A DNA stretch of 37,363 nucleotides from Candidatus Poseidoniia archaeon. GTDB lineage: Archaea > Thermoplasmatota > Poseidoniia > MGIII > CG-Epi1. Below are positions 18,543 to 27,243 of the stretch, piece by piece (position 1 is the stretch's first letter; each line of letters starts with the position of its first letter). The stretch is from contig JAKURS010000001.1 of assembly GCA_022449705.1 (NCBI GenBank), positions 1 through 37,363 on the forward strand. Direction: 5' to 3'. Both the position numbers and the translations under genes were made by a program. Under the pieces are notes generated by a model. It was not told where the DNA came from and did no database searches. It saw nothing but the letters and a program-made list of their open reading frames with translations.

Positions 18543-20759
18543 TTAGCCTTTCTTCAACCGCTGTTGCAGCGCCGTAATCAGCGCGCTGGCGGTCCCCTCG
18601 CGGCCACCAGTGAGCGTTGCGAAGCTCTCGGCGCCGACCAGTGCGCAACTCTCCGCCTCGTCGAGCTTGGCGCGCCCCGCAAGGCGCTTGATGAAGCCGA
18701 CCTGCTTGGGCGAAGCGGCGCTCGGCTGGCCCGCGGTGCGCTCCTGCAGCGCGCTGATGAGCGCGCTGGCGGTCCCCTCGCGGCCGCCCGTGAGCGCGCC
18801 GTAGCCATCGGCGCTGACGAGCGCGCACGCATCGGCTTCGCCGAGCTTGGCGCGCTCGGCCAGCCGCTGGATAAAGCCAACCTGTTTCTCCGACGCGGGG
18901 ACGTCCTTGCCCTCGGTGAGCGGCTGCAGCTGCTCGATGAGCGCGCCGGCAGCTTCGCCGTCCAGCTCTTCAATAATCTTGCCCACCAGTAGTGGCTCCG
19001 CCTCGGTGCCCGCCTGCGCGGCGAGCGACTGCAGGTAGGCCAGCTGCCGGGGTGTCGCACGCTCCTTCTTGCGCTCTAGCGCCGCGCTGTGCAGCGCATT
19101 GAAGTGGTCGGCGAACTCTTGCCACGCCTGTGCGGCAACGGTTTCACCGCCCTCGATATGCTCAAGCTGCACCTCCATGCCCGCGGTGAAGGCGGTCGAG
19201 AAAATACCGTCAGTAGTGGTGCCGTAGCAGGGCGCAACGTTCTCCCACAGCGTGCAGCCTGCTTCAGTGGCGTACAGCCGCCCCTTTTCATCGCGCGCAT
19301 ACTCGCGGTCGAGCAGCTTGCGGATGGTTTCGGCGTAGGTCGATGGGCGGCCGATGCCCTCCGCCTTCATCTTCGCCACCAGCCCGTGCTGCGTGTAGCG
19401 GCCGGGCGGCTTGGTCGCGTCCTCAATCAGCTCGCATTCGTCCAGCGCCAGCGTGTCGCCCTTGGCAGCGCCCGCCAGCGGTGGCACCTGCGGCACCGGC
19501 TTCACCAGCTTTGCATACGCCGCTTCCCAGCCGGCGAAGGTGCGCCATTCGGTCTTGCCGGCGGCGCTCCAGCCGCTCGCCTCGCCCGCCAGCTTCAGTC
19601 TGCGCCACAGCGAAGGCGCCATCTGGCTGGCGGCAAAGCGCGCCCAGATGAGTGCGTAGAGCCGCGCCTGCTCCGCCTCAAGGCCCTGCGGTTCGCGCGT
19701 CTGTGGCCGCGTGGGGCGAATCGCCTCGTGCGCGTCCTGGACCCCCTTGCCTCCACCGCCACCGACGCCACGGCCGAGATGTGAAGCATTCCACTCATGC
19801 TCGATGTAGCTGCGCACTTCCTGCCTTGCAGCGGCGGAAGTGCGGGTCGAGTCGGTCCGCATATAGGTGATGTGCCCAGCCTCGTAGAGCTGCTGCGCCA
19901 GCCGCATCACGCGTGCTGGCCGCCAGTTGAGTCGCTGGCCCGCCGCCGCCAGCAGCGTGTCGGTGGTGAAGGGCGGCCGCGGCCGCTTTTTGAAATCTTC
20001 CTCTACGACGCTAGTCAGCGTCAGGTTGCCGGTGGCTTCCAGCGCCGCGTATGCAGCCTCGGCACTGCGGCTGTCGCCAGTGCGGTCGCTCCGCGTCTTA
20101 CCCTTGGAATCACGCCAGCCGTCGTCGAACTGCACCCGCAGCTCGATACCACTCGCCTGCAGGTGGACTTCCCAGTAAGGTATCGGCACGAACGCCTCGA
20201 TTTCGCGCTCGCGCTTGACGACGAATCCCATCGTCGGCGTCTGCACGCGCCCCATCGACACCAGGTTCCAGGAGCGGCAGAAACGGGAGCCGCGGAAGCC
20301 AATCAGCCGGTCCATCAGCCGTCGAATCATCGCCGCCTCGACCAATGCAATATCGACGTCGCCCGCTTCTTTGAGCGCGGCGGCAATCGCCGTCTTGGTA
20401 ATCTCGTTGAAGGTCACCCGCTTCACCGCGCCCAGACTGCCGAGCAGCTCGGCCAGCCGCCAGGCGATGAACTCACCCTCGCGGTCGGGGTCAGTCGCGA
20501 CCAGCACTTCGTTGACGCCGTTCTTGCGTCCGTCGGCGAGCAGTTTCCTGATGATGCCCTCCGCGCCTTTGGTGAAGCCCCATTCGGGCGCTGGCAGCTC
20601 GCCGTCGGCGGTAGCCCACATCGCCTTGCTCCCCTCCTTGCCTTCAGTTGGCAGGTCCTGGACGTGGCCGCGGCAGGCGCGGACCATGAAGTCGTTGCCC
20701 AGGTAGCGCTGGATAGTGCGCGCCTTGGCGCCTGACTCAACCACCAGTAGCCGGGTCAC
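18543..20759 (-). CDS. topA: DNA topoisomerase I (type IA) with a repeat-containing, zinc-finger-less C-terminal region
   Basis: Toprim N-terminus (LLVVESGAKARTIQRYLG ... GHVQDLP, DPDREGE), active-site region (ITYMRTDS) and the type IA core are present. GTG start at 20759, with a minus-strand TATA atttatc 24-30 nt upstream. Confidence 0.92.
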   Translation of the reverse strand: MTRLLVVESGAKARTIQRYLGNDFMVRACRGHVQDLPTEGKEGSKAMWATADGELPAPEWGFTKGAEGIIRKLLADGRKNGVNEVLVATDPDREGEFIAWRLAELLGSLGAVKRVTFNEITKTAIAAALKEAGDVDIALVEAAMIRRLMDRLIGFRGSRFCRSWNLVSMGRVQTPTMGFVVKREREIEAFVPIPYWEVHLQASGIELRVQFDDGWRDSKGKTRSDRTGDSRSAEAAYAALEATGNLTLTSVVEEDFKKRPRPPFTTDTLLAAAGQRLNWRPARVMRLAQQLYEAGHITYMRTDSTRTSAAARQEVRSYIEHEWNASHLGRGVGGGGGKGVQDAHEAIRPTRPQTREPQGLEAEQARLYALIWARFAASQMAPSLWRRLKLAGEASGWSAAGKTEWRTFAGWEAAYAKLVKPVPQVPPLAGAAKGDTLALDECELIEDATKPPGRYTQHGLVAKMKAEGIGRPSTYAETIRKLLDREYARDEKGRLYATEAGCTLWENVAPCYGTTTDGIFSTAFTAGMEVQLEHIEGGETVAAQAWQEFADHFNALHSAALERKKERATPRQLAYLQSLAAQAGTEAEPLLVGKIIEELDGEAAGALIEQLQPLTEGKDVPASEKQVGFIQRLAERAKLGEADACALVSADGYGALTGGREGTASALISALQERTAGQPSAASPKQVGFIKRLAGRAKLDEAESCALVGAESFATLTGGREGTASALITALQQRLKKG
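18546..18905 (-). repeat. Two tandem 180-nt (60-aa) coding repeats at the topA 3' end; a degenerate third copy lies at about 18906-19060
   Basis: The period is exactly 180 nt: the string gcgcgctggcggtcccctcgcggcc occurs at 18581 and 18761. By hand count the encoded repeats share 39/60 residues (xKQVGFIxRLAxRAKLxEAxxCALV...LTGGREGTASALIxALQ). Confidence 0.85.
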
Positions 20760-20869
20760 GCTGTCCCCGCGTTGCTGACGGCTGATAAATGTTGCGACTC
20801 GCGCACGCGCACAGGGAGACTACAAGTCTCCCCGCCCAAATCGGATTAAGTCACCACCGCTGGCGAGCC

Positions 20870-21256
20870 ATGGTGCTCGAAGCGCTGCGGCAGCCCGGCG
20901 TGTGCATCGCGCTGGTCGGCGCGTCGAACGACCCCACCAAGTTCGGCAACCGCATCTTCCGCGACCTGCGGGCGAAGGGCTACACGGTCTGGCCGGTCAA
21001 CCCCCGCGAGCCGGAAATAGAGGGCGTTGCCGCCTGCGCCGACCTGGAAGCGCTGCCGGGGACTCCGGACATCGTCAATTTTGTTGTCCCGCCACCTGTC
21101 GCGCTAGCGGTCGCGAAACAGGCAGTCGCCCTGGGCATCCGCCGGCTCTGGTTCCAGCCCGGTTCCGAGAGCGACGAGCTGAAGGCGTGGCTCACCGAGC
21201 AGGAAGGCGTCAGCGCGCTAACTGACGCGTGCATCATGGTGCAGAGCGCGGCGTAG
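20870..21256 (+). CDS. CoA-binding domain protein (YccU/YneT-like)
   Basis: IALVGASNDPTKFGNRIFRDLRAKGYTVWPVNP ... DIVNFVVPP ... LWFQPG matches the CoA_binding_2 pattern. I trimmed the track start (20789) to ATG 20870; attaag lies 20-25 nt upstream. Confidence 0.7.
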   Translation: MVLEALRQPGVCIALVGASNDPTKFGNRIFRDLRAKGYTVWPVNPREPEIEGVAACADLEALPGTPDIVNFVVPPPVALAVAKQAVALGIRRLWFQPGSESDELKAWLTEQEGVSALTDACIMVQSAA

Positions 21257-21285
21257 CGCGTTGGGGTAGACCGTCGAATAATATA

Positions 21286-24012
21286 CTACTTTTCAAGCGC
21301 CTTGCGGGCGGCCGTTACGAGCGCCTCCAGCGCCTCACCGGCGCGATCGGTCGGCACTGCGCCCTTCGCGTGCGTCGGCGCGCCACCGCCACTACCGCCC
21401 GCGGCCTTGGCGGCCGCGCCAGCCAGCGCGCTGCAGTCCACCTCGACCTTGCCGCCTCGCACAGCCATGACGTGGCCCTTACCAGCGGTGCGCGTCGCGA
21501 GTAGTACCAGCGCGTCGCCGCTGGCGCTGAGACGTCGCGCCAGCTCCTGCATTTCAGCGAGCGGCGCGTCGCCGCAGTCATTTATATATAGATTGACGGA
21601 ACCAATGCGTTCCGCTGCAAGCTCCCCCGCCCGGCTTTCGGCCAGTTCCTTTTCCAGCGTCGTTACACGCGTGCGCAGTTCCTTGCGCTCGTCCATTAGC
21701 TTACTGGCTGCGTCCGCCACCTGTTCCAGTGGCACGCCCAGCGCTGCGGCCGCCTGCTCTAGCAGCTCGCGCTCCGCCTGCGCGGCGGCGACTGCCGCCT
21801 TTCCGGCCGAGAATTCGATGCGTTCCACGCCGTCCTGAATGCGCTCGGTCCTCAAAACCTTGATGGCCTGCAGCGCGCCGGTGCTGGCGACGTGGGTCCC
21901 GGCGCACGCCTGTGCGTCGATTCCGGGGATTTCGACTACGCGCACGTCGCGGTAGTTGGGCGCACCGCCCTGGTATAGCGTTACGCCATACTGCGCGTCG
22001 GCTGCCTCGCGTGTGGCAAAGCGCGCCTCCACCGGGTGGTCGCCCCGGACGATGCTGTTCGCCTCATGCTCGAGCGCCGTGACCGCAGTGCGGTCGAGCC
22101 GACGGTGATGGGTGATATCGAGCCGCGCCGAGCCGGTCGCTTTGCGGGCACCCGCCTGCCAGACGTGCGGCCCCAGCGTGCGGCGTGCTGCGGCGCCAAT
22201 GACGTGCGTCGCGGTGTGGTGCTGCGAGAGAGCGTCGCGTCGCCCCCCGTCGATGGCGCCCCGCACGGTCGCACCGACCGGCGGTGCATCGCCCTCTAGC
22301 GTGTGCACTGCCGCCTCGCCGCGCATCTGTACGTCAACCACGCGCGCCTCGCCACTCTCCCAGCGCAGCGTCCCCGAATCAGCCGGCTGTCCACCGCCTT
22401 CGGGATAGAAGAGCGTGCGGTCCAGCGCCACGGCTGCGCCATCAGCCCAGGTCACGTTAGCGTCGAACTCGCGCGCTGCCATGTCATCGTAGAACACCAG
22501 CTCGGTCGGTGGCAGCTTCTCAGCCTCCGCTTTCGAGGTCGGCGCCGTCGCCGCCGAGTGGCGCTCGGCAACTAGCGCCATGAAGCCGTCCGGCACCGCG
22601 ACGGTAGCGCCTTGCTCGGCGGCGAATTCTGCCACCACCGCCGGTGGCAGTCCCTGCGAGTCGTACAGTTCTACGAGTCGCTCTGCACTGATGTCACCTG
22701 CGGCGAGCGTGCGCTGCACCGTGCGCCGTCCGCGCTCTAGTGTTGCGTCGAACCTTTCGCTTTCGAGCGCGACCAGCTCGAGGATATGCACGCGCTGCTC
22801 CGCCAGCTCCGGGTAGGTCGGTGCCAGCTCATCGATATGCTGGCCAATGACCTGTGGCAGCGCCTCCGGGATTCCTAGGTCGCGCAGCAGCAGTAGCGTC
22901 CGCCGCAGCACCATGCGTGCCAGATACCCGGCGCGTACGTTGCTCGGGACGACGCCATCGCCGAACATGAACGCCAGCGTGCGCGAGTGGTCGGCGACTA
23001 TGAACGCCTTTTCGAGTGGCTCGATTGTGCTGCACAGCTCTTCGAGCGTCAGTTCGTGCCCCGCCGCGTGCAGCCTCGCGAGCACCTGTTCCCGCAGGTT
23101 GCTCAGGTCGGTGCCGTAGTCAATCGAAAGCAGTCCGCAGACGCGGGCGTTTTCGGCAATCAGCGCGCCCGCTTGCCCCAGTTTATCGGCAAGGCCGGCC
23201 TCGTGCGTCAGCAGCTCGACCGCGGCGGGGAAGACCGCCTCGTAGATCGTTCCGGTTCCTTGCGACGCCCATACCATTCGCTCCAGCCCGTATCCGGTGT
23301 CTACTATGGCGCGTGTCATGCGGCGGAAGCGACTGCCCTTGAGCTTGATATTGCCTTGCGGGTCTTCGGCCAGGTCCATGAAGACCAGCGTTGCCAGCTC
23401 CAGTCCTCCGGCGAGCACCTCCAGCGCCTCGCCGCCGTTCCCACCGCCAACCCATGGATTCTCCTTGTAGGTCAGGCCTTCGGCGGGGATGCCCAGTCCC
23501 GTGTAGAGTTCGTGGCACAGCTCGACGGTGCGGTCCTGCCAGTAGATTTCGTCGTCGGCTGAGTTGAAGGCATGGTGCGCCATCATCTCGAAACTGGTCA
23601 GGTGTCGCCCGCTGCGTCCGACTGACTCCAGGTCGTTGAGCCGGATGCAGGGCTGCGAAATTGCGAGCGGGTTGGCTGGCGGCCGCGCCAGCCCCGAAGT
23701 AACGTGCGGCTGGAAGACCGCAATCGACGCAATTGTCAGGTAGATGTCATCGCGCCAGCGCGCTACCACCGGCGCGCGCTCGACGCGAGTATGGCCCTTT
23801 GCTTCAAAGAAGACGAGAAACGCTTCGCGCATCTCCGAGAGCCCCAGCGGCCGGTCGAACAGCGGCGCGCCCAGGAACGAGTATTCGACGCAGGGTGCGT
23901 CACCACACAGCTTCTGCTCCGCGAGCGCCCAGAAATGCGCCTGGCAGGTGCGGCAGCGCTGGCGCTGGAAGCCATTGCTGGTGAAGAACTCCAGTTGCAG
24001 TGCGCCGCCCAC
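21286..24012 (-). CDS. alaS: Alanyl-tRNA synthetase (archaeal type)
   Basis: Archaeal AlaRS N-terminus (FFTSNGFQRQRCRTCQAHFW ... CGDAPCVEYSF ... VVARWRDDIYLTIASIAVFQPHVTSG). The editing domain has HHTATH...C..TH and a C-terminal DHHA1-like region follows. GTG start. Confidence 0.95.
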   Translation of the reverse strand: MGGALQLEFFTSNGFQRQRCRTCQAHFWALAEQKLCGDAPCVEYSFLGAPLFDRPLGLSEMREAFLVFFEAKGHTRVERAPVVARWRDDIYLTIASIAVFQPHVTSGLARPPANPLAISQPCIRLNDLESVGRSGRHLTSFEMMAHHAFNSADDEIYWQDRTVELCHELYTGLGIPAEGLTYKENPWVGGGNGGEALEVLAGGLELATLVFMDLAEDPQGNIKLKGSRFRRMTRAIVDTGYGLERMVWASQGTGTIYEAVFPAAVELLTHEAGLADKLGQAGALIAENARVCGLLSIDYGTDLSNLREQVLARLHAAGHELTLEELCSTIEPLEKAFIVADHSRTLAFMFGDGVVPSNVRAGYLARMVLRRTLLLLRDLGIPEALPQVIGQHIDELAPTYPELAEQRVHILELVALESERFDATLERGRRTVQRTLAAGDISAERLVELYDSQGLPPAVVAEFAAEQGATVAVPDGFMALVAERHSAATAPTSKAEAEKLPPTELVFYDDMAAREFDANVTWADGAAVALDRTLFYPEGGGQPADSGTLRWESGEARVVDVQMRGEAAVHTLEGDAPPVGATVRGAIDGGRRDALSQHHTATHVIGAAARRTLGPHVWQAGARKATGSARLDITHHRRLDRTAVTALEHEANSIVRGDHPVEARFATREAADAQYGVTLYQGGAPNYRDVRVVEIPGIDAQACAGTHVASTGALQAIKVLRTERIQDGVERIEFSAGKAAVAAAQAERELLEQAAAALGVPLEQVADAASKLMDERKELRTRVTTLEKELAESRAGELAAERIGSVNLYINDCGDAPLAEMQELARRLSASGDALVLLATRTAGKGHVMAVRGGKVEVDCSALAGAAAKAAGGSGGGAPTHAKGAVPTDRAGEALEALVTAARKALEK

Positions 24013-24115
24013 GTTGCGGCATCCCGGCCGGGGTAAAAAGCCCGGACCGGCGCTGCGTTGGCGGCAGCATGCCGGACCGGCAATCGTTTATCGCCTTTGG
24101 GGGTCGCGACGCAGG

Positions 24116-26284
24116 ATGGCTGCTGACCACGTGCCGTATGTGCCTGCGTCGCGCATCCTCCCGGAAATAACGCCGAAAGGCGTCGCGCTGGCAATCATTC
24201 TGGCGATGGTGCTGACGGCGGCCAACGTCTACCTCGGGCTCTATGTCGGGATGACCGTTTCCGCCTCGATTCCCGCGGCGGTGCTCTCGATGGGCATGCT
24301 GCGCGCGATTGCCGCTGTGCTGCCGCGACAGGAGACCAACATCCTCGAGAACAATTGGGTGCAGACCGCCGTCTCGGCGGGTGAGTCGCTGGCGGCAGGG
24401 GTCATCTTCACGCTGCCCGCACTGGTAGTGCTCGGCACGTGGGAAGACTTCGCGTTTTTCCCGGTATTCATCATCGCTGCCGTGGGTGGCACCATCGGGG
24501 TCCTGTTCTCAATCAGCTTGCGTCGCATCTTCATCATTCAGGAGCGGCTGCCCTACCCGGAGGGCGTCGCTTGCGCCGAAGTGTTGGTGGCGGGCGAGCA
24601 GGGCGGTACACAGGTACTGCCGATTATTGCTGGCATCGGTTTCGGAGCAATCTACAAGCTCGGTGCGGCGCTGGAAATAGTCGTTGACGGCGTGCTGCGC
24701 AAGGTCTCGCTCGGGTTGTGGCGTAATAACTGGCACGATTATTTCACCTTCCAGGGGCGGCTACCGGAATTCGGCACCGTCACCCAGTCGCGCACCACCT
24801 TCTTCTTTGGCATCGAACTCTCGCCGGCGCTCCTGGGAGTGGGATACATTGTCGGCCCCATGATAGGGAGTTTCGTCTTCCTGGGCGGGTTCCTCGGGGC
24901 GCTGGTCGTGCTTCCGCTCACCTCGGGGCTGCTGCTGCCTCCGGAAGGCATGTCGATTGGCGACTTCATCGGCTTCATCGAGATGCGCCGCCGCATGGTC
25001 GGCGTTGGGACAATGCTCGTCGGTGGGCTCTACACACTGGTGCTGATGCGCGGGCCCGTAATCAAGGGCATCCGTGACATGCTCGAGAAGGTCAATGTCA
25101 GCGAAGACCGCAGCGGGCTTTCACGGACCGATCTGGACCTTGACCCGCAGGTGGTGAGCCGGCTCTCGCTGGCAATGGCGCTGCCGATGGCGCTGATGGT
25201 GTGGTGGATGTCGGGGCTCATCCTGCCGGCGCTGCTGGCGCTGCTGATAATCTTCAGCGCCGGTTACCTCTTCGCGGCGATTGCCGGCTACATGGCCGGC
25301 CTGCTCGGGAGCAGCAACAACCCGATTTCAGGCGTGACGATTATAGTCGTCATCTTCACCGCTTCGCTCTTCACGCTGCTCAACTGGCTGGTCTACGACG
25401 GCGCCCGCACGCAGGAGCTGGTCGTCGCGACGATTGGTGTCGCCGCCTTCGTCTGCTGCGCCGGCGCGATTTCAGGCGATAACCTGCAGGACCTCAAGAC
25501 CGGCAACATTGTTGGAGCCACCCCCTGGCGGCAGCAGATTGCGCAGCTGGTCGGTGTTCTCGCCGGGGCGCTGGTGATTCCGCTGGTGCTGAACCTGCTG
25601 ATTTCGACCTACGAGCTCGGAAAAGATCTGGCGGCGCCGCAGGCGTTCCTGATGGCTGCCCTTGCAAGCGGCATTCTCGATGGCACGATGGACTGGGCGA
25701 TGGTTCTGCTCGGCACCGGCATCGCCTTTTGCCTCATAGCACTGCGCCACCATCGCGAAAAGTGGCGCGGGCTGCCGCTGCACCTGCTGTTCCTGGCGGT
25801 CGCGTATGGCCTGTTCCTCGTTGGCGGGCTGGTTGAGGGTGCGCTGGCTGAATTCGTCTTCATGGGCTCGATCTTTGTTGCCGCCACGCTGGCATGGATG
25901 TTTGAGCGGGGCGGTCTCGAGATTTCGGTAATGGCAGTCGCGGTCGGGATGTATCTCCCGATAATCATGTCGATTCCCATATTTCTTGGTGGCATGATTC
26001 GCTTGGTGGTCAATCGGCGGCTGGGGCTGGGCGACGCGAGCGAGGCAGAGCGCGACAAGGCACACAGCCCTGGCGTGCTCTTCGCCTCCGGGCTGATTGC
26101 GGGCGAAGCGATTATGGGTGTGCTGCTGGCGTTCCTTGCCGTTTCAGGCGTCTACCTCGGATTGCTGAACAACCCCCTGTTCTTCCCGGGGCTGATGCTG
26201 TTCGCCTTCGCCGGCTTCAGCGCCGGCTGGTTCACGCTTCGTGGCGCCGAGGAAGACGTGATGGAAGCAGAGCTTGTCGACTGA
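24116..26284 (+). CDS. OPT family oligopeptide transporter
   Basis: 722 aa with about 16 TM segments. OPT hallmarks are present (ELTPKG-like EITPKGVALAIILAMVLTAANVYLGLYVGMTVSASIPAAV, LPYPEGVACAEVL, NLQDLKTGNIVGATPWRQQ). The track ORF start (23744) lies inside alaS antisense, so I trimmed it to ATG 24116; the TATA gtttatc lies 24-30 nt upstream. Confidence 0.88.
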   Translation: MAADHVPYVPASRILPEITPKGVALAIILAMVLTAANVYLGLYVGMTVSASIPAAVLSMGMLRAIAAVLPRQETNILENNWVQTAVSAGESLAAGVIFTLPALVVLGTWEDFAFFPVFIIAAVGGTIGVLFSISLRRIFIIQERLPYPEGVACAEVLVAGEQGGTQVLPIIAGIGFGAIYKLGAALEIVVDGVLRKVSLGLWRNNWHDYFTFQGRLPEFGTVTQSRTTFFFGIELSPALLGVGYIVGPMIGSFVFLGGFLGALVVLPLTSGLLLPPEGMSIGDFIGFIEMRRRMVGVGTMLVGGLYTLVLMRGPVIKGIRDMLEKVNVSEDRSGLSRTDLDLDPQVVSRLSLAMALPMALMVWWMSGLILPALLALLIIFSAGYLFAAIAGYMAGLLGSSNNPISGVTIIVVIFTASLFTLLNWLVYDGARTQELVVATIGVAAFVCCAGAISGDNLQDLKTGNIVGATPWRQQIAQLVGVLAGALVIPLVLNLLISTYELGKDLAAPQAFLMAALASGILDGTMDWAMVLLGTGIAFCLIALRHHREKWRGLPLHLLFLAVAYGLFLVGGLVEGALAEFVFMGSIFVAATLAWMFERGGLEISVMAVAVGMYLPIIMSIPIFLGGMIRLVVNRRLGLGDASEAERDKAHSPGVLFASGLIAGEAIMGVLLAFLAVSGVYLGLLNNPLFFPGLMLFAFAGFSAGWFTLRGAEEDVMEAELVD

Positions 26285-26603
26285 CCTGCGTGAGTTGCGG
26301 GTCATCCCGCTGGTGGAACTGCAACGTGATGATGCCGGCGCTTACGTCGAGCGCGAGCGTGGCCGCTCGCGCCTTGGCCGGCTGCTCGAGCGCTGGCTGC
26401 GCGTGCCCCGGACGGTGCGGGTCGAGCTCGATGACTATGGTGCTGCTGCCTGGCGGGCGATGCGCAATGGGGCTCCGGTGCGACAGCTCGGCGAAGCGCT
26501 GCGACATGAGTTCGGTGATGACGCGGAGCCGCTCTGGGAGCGGCTGGGTGAGTTCCTCGCGATGGCCGAGCGGGGCGGCCTGCTGCGGCTCGAACCATTA
26601 TAG
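26274..26603 (+). CDS. PqqD-family (RiPP-recognition-element-like) small protein
   Basis: VELDDYGAAAWRAMRNGAPVRQLGEALRHEFGDDAEPLWERLGEFLAMAERGGLLRL follows the PqqD pattern (LD..G..vW.l.dG.rtv.ei...l...f....e....R...Fl..L...gll). The TTG start overlaps the OPT stop by 11 nt; alternative TTG/GTG starts lie a few codons downstream. Confidence 0.5.
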   Translation: MSTDLRELRVIPLVELQRDDAGAYVERERGRSRLGRLLERWLRVPRTVRVELDDYGAAAWRAMRNGAPVRQLGEALRHEFGDDAEPLWERLGEFLAMAERGGLLRLEPL

Positions 26604-26754
26604 AGTGCTTTAATCGCCGTCAAAGATATTTTTTATAATCTGCCCCTTGTTTGGGTGAAATCCGATGACAATTCCCATTCTGGCCGTAGATGACGAGCAG
26701 GCAGTCCAAACCTCACTTTCCGTAATGTTCCGGAAATGGAAAGACCTGGAACTT
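26529..26754 (+). repeat. Duplicated patch, copy A (PqqD-like tail + promoter + first 90 nt of RR1)
   Basis: See copy B. Copy A carries an extra ~36 nt (gagtgctttaatcgccgtcaaagatatttttt) bounded by ttata direct repeats. Confidence 0.8.
26631..26638 (+). promoter_or_regulatory. TATA box of RR1
   Basis: ttttataa lies 27-34 nt upstream of ATG 26665. Confidence 0.55.
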
Positions 26755-27150
26755 GACTTGGCAGAAGACGGACAGGAGGCCCTTGAGAAACTGGCTCAGC
26801 GCGACTCTGATCTGGAGGGGACCAGTTACGAAGTGCTGATTTCGGACGTACTGATGCCACGGCTTGACGGGCTGGGACTGCTCGAGGCAGTCCGTGAGCG
26901 CTACCCCGCCCTTCCAGTAATCATGCTCACTGGCGTGCAGGATGTCACGACGCCGGTGCAGGCGTTCCGTCTGGGTGCCATAGACTACCTCCAGAAACCG
27001 TTCCAGGCGGAGGAACTCCGTGCAGCTATCGATAATGCACTCGCCTCGCGTGAAGCAGAGCCGGATTTTAGTGATTCAGGAAACCCGCACTTCGACCGCG
27101 GTAAATTCTATTGGGCGGGCTGGAGATTGACTGCTGCACGGCACCGATGA
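26665..27150 (+). CDS. Single-domain response regulator (REC) with a tail derived from a decayed PqqD-like gene
   Basis: REC motifs are present: ILAVDDE, phospho-acceptor region VLISDVLMPRLDG, IMLTG and DYLQKP. The TATA ttttataa (26631-26638) lies 27-34 nt upstream of the ATG. The last ~15 codons align in frame with the middle of the PqqD-like gene. Confidence 0.8.
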   Translation: MTIPILAVDDEQAVQTSLSVMFRKWKDLELDLAEDGQEALEKLAQRDSDLEGTSYEVLISDVLMPRLDGLGLLEAVRERYPALPVIMLTGVQDVTTPVQAFRLGAIDYLQKPFQAEELRAAIDNALASREAEPDFSDSGNPHFDRGKFYWAGWRLTAARHR

Positions 27151-27243
27151 ACACGAAACGACGCGCCCCCGCTCCGGGAGCGGCTGGGCGGGTTCCTTGC
27201 TATAGCCGAGTGGGGCAGTCTGGTCCGACTCGAAGCATTATAA
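27151..27243 (+). pseudogene. 3' remnant of a second PqqD-like gene copy
   Basis: It is in frame directly after the RR1 TGA and reads TRNDAPPLRERLGGFLAIAEWGSLVRLEAL*, against GDDAEPLWERLGEFLAMAERGGLLRLEPL* in the intact copy. By hand alignment 61/74 nt are identical (27169-27242 vs 26529-26602) and the stop is at the homologous position. There is no start codon and no N-terminal half. Confidence 0.6.

Noticed and set aside
18546-19060. Possible CRISPR-like or mobile repeat array, suggested by 180-nt periodic repeats
   Set aside because: The repeats are in frame inside topA, encode a conserved 60-aa protein module, have no spacer-like unique segments and no cas genes nearby. They are protein-domain repeats. 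No CRISPR array was seen anywhere in the window.
20814-20832. 7-bp inverted repeat gggagac-tacaa-gtctccc between the divergent topA and CoA-binding-protein promoters
   Set aside because: It is short, single-copy and of uncertain significance in GC-rich DNA. I noted it only as a possible operator; the evidence is insufficient for a feature call.
20789-20869. Upstream ATG start for the CoA-binding protein (155-aa version)
   Set aside because: The extra 27 residues (MLRLAHAHRETTSLPAQIGLSHHRWRA) are not part of the CoA-binding fold and would begin inside the topA TATA region. ATG 20870 has an AT-rich element at leaderless distance. This remains uncertain.
23744-24115. 124-codon N-terminal extension of the OPT transporter ORF
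   Set aside because: It lies antisense inside the alaS coding region and has low-complexity Arg/Ser/Ala composition. The conserved OPT N-terminus begins at ATG 24116, which has its own TATA.
26320-26335. C-box-like gtgatga motifs (also at ~27415 and ~29105) suggesting C/D box sRNAs
   Set aside because: All lie inside well-supported coding frames. They lack correctly spaced D/C'/D' boxes and terminal stems that I could identify by eye.
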